This document shows, piece by piece, positions 15,649-20,000 of a stretch of DNA of 20,000 bases. The notes beneath the pieces are model-generated. The model worked only from the letters and a program-made list of their open reading frames with translations. It searched no databases and was not told the DNA's origin. This stretch comes from an uncultured virus (IMG/VR IMGVR_UViG_3300019372_000169) (Duplodnaviria; Heunggongvirae; Uroviricota; Caudoviricetes): IMG/VR virus record IMGVR_UViG_3300019372_000169. The stretch is one strand, 5' to 3'. Position numbers and translations under genes: made by a program. Every line of letters begins with the position of its first letter. Within the stretch, counting starts at the first letter, position 1.

Positions 15649-16836
15649 ATGAAAAAGGTACTTGAACTGCGCGAAAAACGCGCAAAGGCATGGGACGCGG
15701 CAAAGGCATTCCTCGACGCACGCGCCAAGGATGGCGTGCTCTCTCCCGAAGACAATGCAACCTACGACAAGATGCTCGCGGATGTGGACGCAATGGCGCG
15801 GCAGATTGCCATTGAGGAGGACCGTGTCGCACGGGATGCGGAAATGAACCGTCCCACCAGCGCACCGCTGACCGAAAAGCCCGGCGCGCAAGGCACAAAA
15901 CCTGCTTCTCCCCGCGCAACTGCCGAATACCGCGCGGATTTTCTCAACATTCTGCGCGGCAGAGCGCCCGTCAACAACGTGCTGAGCACGTCTCCCGATA
16001 CCGACGGCGGCTATCTGGTGCCGACGGAATTTGAAACCCAGATTGTGACCGGGCTGGAGGAGGCCAACATCATCCGCTCCCTCGCCAAGACCATCAACAC
16101 CTCGGCGGAGCGTAAAATCCCCATTGCCGCCACCCATTCCACCGCACAGTGGACGGCGGAGAATGCCGCCTACACCGAGAGCGATCCCACATTTGCACAG
16201 AAAACCATCGACGCTTTCAAGCTCACCGACCTTGTCAAGGTTTCCGTGGAACTGCTCCAAGACAGTATGTTTGATTTGGAAAGCTACATTGCCCTCGAAT
16301 TTGCACGCGCCTTCGGCGTTGCGGAAGAAGAAGCCTTCTGCGTCGGCACCGGAACCGGCCAGCCCACGGGCATCTTCACGGAAAATGGCGGCGCGGTGGG
16401 CGTGACGGCAAGTTCCCCGACGGCTATCACCGTCGACAATCTCATCGACCTGATTTACGCGCTCAAAAGCCCCTATCGGAGAAACGCGGTGTTTCTCATG
16501 AAGGACATCACCGTATCCGCCCTGCGCAAGCTCAAGGACTCCAATGGCGCGTATCTCTGGCAGCCCTCCGTACAGGCAGGCCAGCCGGACCGGCTGCTGG
16601 GCTATCCGCTCTACACCAGTCCTTATGTGCCGGCGGCGGAGGCGGGTTCGCTTCCGATTGCGTTCGGTGATTTCTCCAACTACTGGATTGCCGACCGCAT
16701 GGGGCGCACGGTGCAGAGGCTCAATGAACTCTATGCCGGCAACGGACAGGTGGGCTTCATCGCCGCCGAGCGCGTGGACGGCAAGGTGATTCTTGCCGAG
16801 GGCATTCAGCTGCTCAAAATGGCGGCGGGTTCGTAA
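15649..16836 (+). CDS. Major capsid protein (HK97 fold with N-terminal delta domain)
   Basis: Coiled-coil N-terminus, DGGYLVPTEF, VSVELLQDS, LRKLKDSNGAYLWQP, FGDFS, ERVDGK. Confidence 0.95.
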   Translation: MKKVLELREKRAKAWDAAKAFLDARAKDGVLSPEDNATYDKMLADVDAMARQIAIEEDRVARDAEMNRPTSAPLTEKPGAQGTKPASPRATAEYRADFLNILRGRAPVNNVLSTSPDTDGGYLVPTEFETQIVTGLEEANIIRSLAKTINTSAERKIPIAATHSTAQWTAENAAYTESDPTFAQKTIDAFKLTDLVKVSVELLQDSMFDLESYIALEFARAFGVAEEEAFCVGTGTGQPTGIFTENGGAVGVTASSPTAITVDNLIDLIYALKSPYRRNAVFLMKDITVSALRKLKDSNGAYLWQPSVQAGQPDRLLGYPLYTSPYVPAAEAGSLPIAFGDFSNYWIADRMGRTVQRLNELYAGNGQVGFIAAERVDGKVILAEGIQLLKMAAGS

Positions 16837-16857
16837 TGAAGGAAGGGGGCGGCGGGA

Positions 16858-17169
16858 ATGGACACCCTGCTTGAAAAGGTCAAAGCCAATCTGATTCTTT
16901 CGCATACGGAAGACGACGAGCTCTTGCAGATGTACATCACCGCCGCCGTCCGTTATGCCGAAAGCTATCAGCATATCCCAGAGGGCTATTATGGTGAAAA
17001 CGAGATGACACCGACCACCGAACAGGCGGTGATCATGCTGGCAAGCCATTTTTATGAAAGCCGCGACGGCTCCACGGGCGGCTTTTTTGCCGACTCCGTT
17101 CAGGCGGGCAAGCAGGTCTGGGATACGGTCAATCTCCTGCTTCGGCTTGACCGGGATTGGAAGGTTTGA
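16858..17169 (+). CDS. Head-tail connector (gp6-like)
   Basis: LLEKVKANL...EDDELL..YITAA...AVIMLASHFYESR; position after the capsid gene. Confidence 0.85.
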   Translation: MDTLLEKVKANLILSHTEDDELLQMYITAAVRYAESYQHIPEGYYGENEMTPTTEQAVIMLASHFYESRDGSTGGFFADSVQAGKQVWDTVNLLLRLDRDWKV

Positions 17170-17171
17170 GT

Positions 17172-17507
17172 ATGTCTTTTGGAAAAATGAACAGCTTCAT
17201 CGACATTATCTCCAACGCGCCGGTCAAGGATGCGGACGGCTTTGTCACGCAGGGTGACACGGTTCTTGCCTCGGTGCGCGCCTACAAGGAGGACCGCAAC
17301 GGCTCGGAGCGCTGGGCAAACATGGCGGTGTTTTCCGAAGCGTCCGTGCTGTTCCGCTTTCGTAAAATCCCCGGCGTCGAGGTCAGTCCGTCTCTCTTCA
17401 TCGTCTGCGAGGAGAAACGGTATCGAATTACCAGCGCGGAGGACGTGCGTGGGCGCGGGATGTATGTGGAGTGCCTGTGCGAGTTGGTGGAAAGGAGCGT
17501 GAACTGA
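17172..17507 (+). CDS. Head closure / head-tail adaptor
   Basis: MSFGKMN...KDADGF...LFRFR...RYRITS; synteny. Confidence 0.8.
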   Translation: MSFGKMNSFIDIISNAPVKDADGFVTQGDTVLASVRAYKEDRNGSERWANMAVFSEASVLFRFRKIPGVEVSPSLFIVCEEKRYRITSAEDVRGRGMYVECLCELVERSVN

Positions 17508-17508
17508 T

Positions 17509-17943
17509 TTGGCTCGGGCTGAAATGAAAATGCCGGAGGACTTTCTCCTGAAGGTTTCCCGGCTGAATGAAAAAACAGACGAAATCCTGCCCCGTGTGCT
17601 GGAAGCCGGCGGGCAGGTGGTGCTGGAGCGCGTGAAATCCAACCTTTCCGCCGTCATCGGCAAAGGCACAAAAATTCCAAGCCGCTCCACCGGCGAACTG
17701 GTCGGCGCTCTGGGGCTTTCGGCCGCCAAACCCAAACGGGACAGCTCAGGCTGGGACATCAAGGTCGGCTTTGCCGAGCCGCGCTCCGATGGGGATGCCA
17801 ACGCGAAAATCGCCAATATTCTCGAATACGGCAAGCACGGACAGCCGCCCAAGCCCTTTCTCAAACCGGCGAAAACCCAGAGTCGCAAGGCCTGCGTCGA
17901 AACGATGAAATCAAAGCTGGACGAGGAGGTGCGGCGGATATGA
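17509..17943 (+). CDS. HK97 gp10-like protein
   Basis: RSTGEL, ILEYG, QPPKPFLKPA; synteny. Confidence 0.8.
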   Translation: MARAEMKMPEDFLLKVSRLNEKTDEILPRVLEAGGQVVLERVKSNLSAVIGKGTKIPSRSTGELVGALGLSAAKPKRDSSGWDIKVGFAEPRSDGDANAKIANILEYGKHGQPPKPFLKPAKTQSRKACVETMKSKLDEEVRRI

Positions 17944-18278
17944 GCGTGCTTTCGGAACTCAATACGCTTCTGACGCCCATTCTCCCGGTGGAGACGGGCG
18001 CTTTTTCCGGCGTTCCGCCCGACGAATATCTGGTGCTGACGCCGCTGACGGATGATTTTGCCCTGTTCGGAGACAACGCGCCGCTGATGGATGTGTCCGA
18101 GGTGCGGATTTCGCTCTTTTCCAAAAGCAATTACCTTCAGCGCAAGCGGCAGATTACACAGGCGCTTTTGAACGCCGGTTTCACCGTCACCGGGCGCACC
18201 TATGTCGGGCATGAGGACGATACCGGCTATCACCACTACGCGATTGACATTTCAAAATCCTATGAAACGGAGGAATAA
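17940..18278 (+). CDS. Tail completion/terminator-like protein
   Basis: ATGA overlap with the previous gene, HEDDTGYHHYAID, position before the major tail gene. Confidence 0.7.
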   Translation: MSVLSELNTLLTPILPVETGAFSGVPPDEYLVLTPLTDDFALFGDNAPLMDVSEVRISLFSKSNYLQRKRQITQALLNAGFTVTGRTYVGHEDDTGYHHYAIDISKSYETEE

Positions 18279-18281
18279 ATT

Positions 18282-18881
18282 ATGGCGACCATCGGGCTGG
18301 ATAAGCTCTATTACGCAAAAATCACCGAAGCCGAGGACGGTGAGGAAACCTATGATACGCCCGTCATCCTCGCGAAGGCCATCTCGGCGGAACTGTCCGT
18401 GGAGCTTGCCGAAGCGACGCTTTACGCGGACGACGGCGCGTCGGAGGTGGTCAAGGACTTCAAGTCCGGCAAGCTGACGCTGGGTGTGGACGATATCGGC
18501 ATCACTGCCGCGCAGGATCTCACAGGCGCGGCGGCGGACGACAACGGCGTGCTCATTTCCGCCGGCGAAAACATCGCCCCGCCGGTGGCAATCGGCTTCC
18601 GCGCTCTGCGGGCAAACGGCAAGTACCGGTACTTCTGGCTCTACCGCGTTATTTTCGGCATCCCTGCGACTAACCTGCAGACAAAGGGCGACTCCATCAC
18701 CTTTTCCACGCCGAGCATCGAGGGCACGGTCATGCGCCGCAACAAGCAGGACACCAAGGGAACGCATCCGTGGAAGGCGGAGGTTTCCGAGGGTGCCGCG
18801 GGCGTTACATCCGAAACCATCACCGGCTGGTTCGGGCAGGTGTACGAGCCGACCTACACCGAAGCACCGGCCGGCGAATAA
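18282..18881 (+). CDS. Major tail protein (phi13 family)
   Basis: IGLDKLYYA, LYADDG, PPVAIGFRA, YRYFWLY, TKGDSITF. Confidence 0.9.
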   Translation: MATIGLDKLYYAKITEAEDGEETYDTPVILAKAISAELSVELAEATLYADDGASEVVKDFKSGKLTLGVDDIGITAAQDLTGAAADDNGVLISAGENIAPPVAIGFRALRANGKYRYFWLYRVIFGIPATNLQTKGDSITFSTPSIEGTVMRRNKQDTKGTHPWKAEVSEGAAGVTSETITGWFGQVYEPTYTEAPAGE

Positions 18882-18894
18882 GGAGGGCTGACGC

Positions 18895-19284
18895 ATGGAA
18901 AACGAACGAACCGCCGTAATCAAAATCGGTGGAAAAGACTATGAGCTGATTCTCACCACCCGCGCCACTAAGGAAATTGCCAGACGCTACGGCGGGCTGG
19001 AGAACCTCGGCGAAAAGCTGATGAAGTCCGAAAACTTTGAGATGGCGCTGGATGAGATCGTCTGGCTGATTACCCTGCTGGCAAATCAGTCCATCCTGAT
19101 CCACAACCTGAAAAACAAGGATAACCCGCAGGAACTGCTCACCGAGGAGGACGTGGAACTGCTGACCTCGCCGCTGGATCTGGCGGCGTACAAAAACGCC
19201 ATCACAGAAGCGATGTTCAAGGGAACAGCGCGGAATGTGGAAAGCGAGGAGGAAACCTCCTCAAAAAACGCGGAAGTCGGGTAA
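18895..19284 (+). CDS. Tail assembly chaperone (gpG-like)
   Basis: AAGGAGG RBS; lies between major tail and tape measure; has a slippery site near its 3' end. Confidence 0.85.
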   Translation: MENERTAVIKIGGKDYELILTTRATKEIARRYGGLENLGEKLMKSENFEMALDEIVWLITLLANQSILIHNLKNKDNPQELLTEEDVELLTSPLDLAAYKNAITEAMFKGTARNVESEEETSSKNAEVG

Positions 19285-19310
19285 ACACGGAAGAACTGTT
19301 TACCCGGCTT
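19263..19310 (+). promoter_or_regulatory. Programmed -1 ribosomal frameshift signal
   Basis: In-frame heptamer A-AAA-AAC at 19263-19269, then a hairpin AAGTCGGGTAAACA / TGTTTACCCGGCTT (19274-19310) containing the gpG stop codon. Confidence 0.85.
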
Positions 19311-19472
19311 TTGTATTACGGAACGGTGCAGATGGGCATGGGCGCGGAGGAATTCTGGCTGATGCCCATCGGCCTGTTTCTGGATTTATGGGCCTGTCAC
19401 AAGCAGTTTCTCGGCATGGAAAAGCCGAAACAGACCTTTTCCATTGACGATATCATCCCGCCGGGGATTTGA
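19269..19472 (+). CDS. gpGT-like frameshift extension of the tail chaperone (not in the ORF track)
   Basis: The -1 frame reads RGSRVNTEELFTRLLYYGTVQMGMGAEEFWLMPIGLFLDLWACHKQFLGMEKPKQTFSIDDIIPPGI and stops at 19470-19472. Confidence 0.8.
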   Translation, partial: RGSRVNTEELFTRLLYYGTVQMGMGAEEFWLMPIGLFLDLWACHKQFLGMEKPKQTFSIDDIIPPGI

Positions 19473-19489
19473 AGGGAGGTGAGCGGCAA

Positions 19490-20000
19490 ATGGCGGATAA
19501 TTTTGGCCTAAAAATCGGTGTGGAGGGCGAAAAGGAGTTCAAAAAGGCGCTCTCGGACATCAATCAGTCTTTCAAGGTGCTCGGCTCTGAAATGACGCTG
19601 GTCACCAGCCAGTTTGACAAGCAGGACAAATCCGTGCAGGCGGTCGCCGCCCGGAACGAAGTCCTCAATAAGCAGATCGACGCGCAGAAGGCAAAAATCG
19701 AAACCCTGCGCGCCGCCTTGAAAAATGCCTCCGATTCCTTCGGCGAAAACGACCGCCGCACCCAGAACTGGCAGATTCAAATAAACAAGGCGCAGGCGGA
19801 ACTGAACGGCATGGAGCGCGAGCTTTCGCAGTCCACAGAAGGCGCGGACAATTTGGGGGACGAACTGAAGGAAAGCGGCGACGAAGCGGAGAAGTCCGGT
19901 TCCAAGTTTGAAAAGCTGGGCGGCGTTTTAAAGGGCGTCGGCGTGGCGATGGGCGCGGTCGTGGTCGCCGCCGGTGCCGCCGCCATTAAACTTGGCAAAG
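19490..20000 (+). CDS. Tape measure protein, N-terminal part (runs off the window)
   Basis: GGGAGGTG RBS, ATG 19490, MADNFGLKIGVEGEKEFKKALSDINQSFKVLGSEM..., coiled coil then an Ala/Gly-rich segment. Confidence 0.88.
   Translation, partial: MADNFGLKIGVEGEKEFKKALSDINQSFKVLGSEMTLVTSQFDKQDKSVQAVAARNEVLNKQIDAQKAKIETLRAALKNASDSFGENDRRTQNWQIQINKAQAELNGMERELSQSTEGADNLGDELKESGDEAEKSGSKFEKLGGVLKGVGVAMGAVVVAAGAAAIKLGK

Noticed and set aside
15103..17049. 648-aa minus-strand ORF opposite the protease, capsid and connector genes
   Set aside because: Antisense shadow of GC-rich coding genes; no recognisable motifs and low-information composition.
17100..18236. 378-aa minus-strand ORF, and similar long antisense ORFs at 10319-11299, 12030-12869, 7294-8037 and 2751-3434
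   Set aside because: All fully overlap well-supported plus-strand phage genes and have no domain signatures.
19235..19447. 70-aa plus-strand ORF in the ORF track
   Set aside because: Wrong frame; the plausible extension is the -1 frame reached through the slippery site.
1..20000. CRISPR array, tRNA, IS element, intron/intein or reverse-transcriptase system
   Set aside because: No regularly spaced repeat-spacer units, cloverleaf, transposase or RT motifs seen by eye; terL, portal, capsid and primase have ordinary lengths with no obvious insertions.

Overview
This window is a continuous, all plus-strand segment of a siphovirus-like (pro)phage, most likely from a Clostridia-type Firmicute; the host is inferred from strong AGGAGG RBSs and the gene families present. 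Replication module: C-terminal part of a family A DNA polymerase, DUF4406/NDT-like protein, P4/D5-type primase-SF3 helicase, a symmetric AT-rich putative origin, VRR-NUC nuclease and SNF2 helicase. Late control and packaging start: a small hypothetical, a DUF1492/RinA-ArpU-like late activator with phased repeats and a -10 box, HNH endonuclease, probable cos region and small terminase. A ~4.7 kb insert separates terS from terL; it holds two paralogous ParB-fused DNA methyltransferases (SPPY and DPPY) and five small genes, with a repeated ~40-bp promoter-like motif. Morphogenesis module: large terminase, portal, ClpP-type protease, HK97 capsid, head-tail genes, major tail, tail chaperone with a clear -1 frameshift signal, and the start of the tape measure gene. 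The most notable signals are non-coding: a duplicated hairpin/U-tract/TGCCCGnAAGGAGGCGG module before both HNH and terL, the duplicated promoter-like motif, two sets of 10-bp-phased repeats, and the nested inverted repeat after the primase. All family assignments come from motif recognition; no database search was run.
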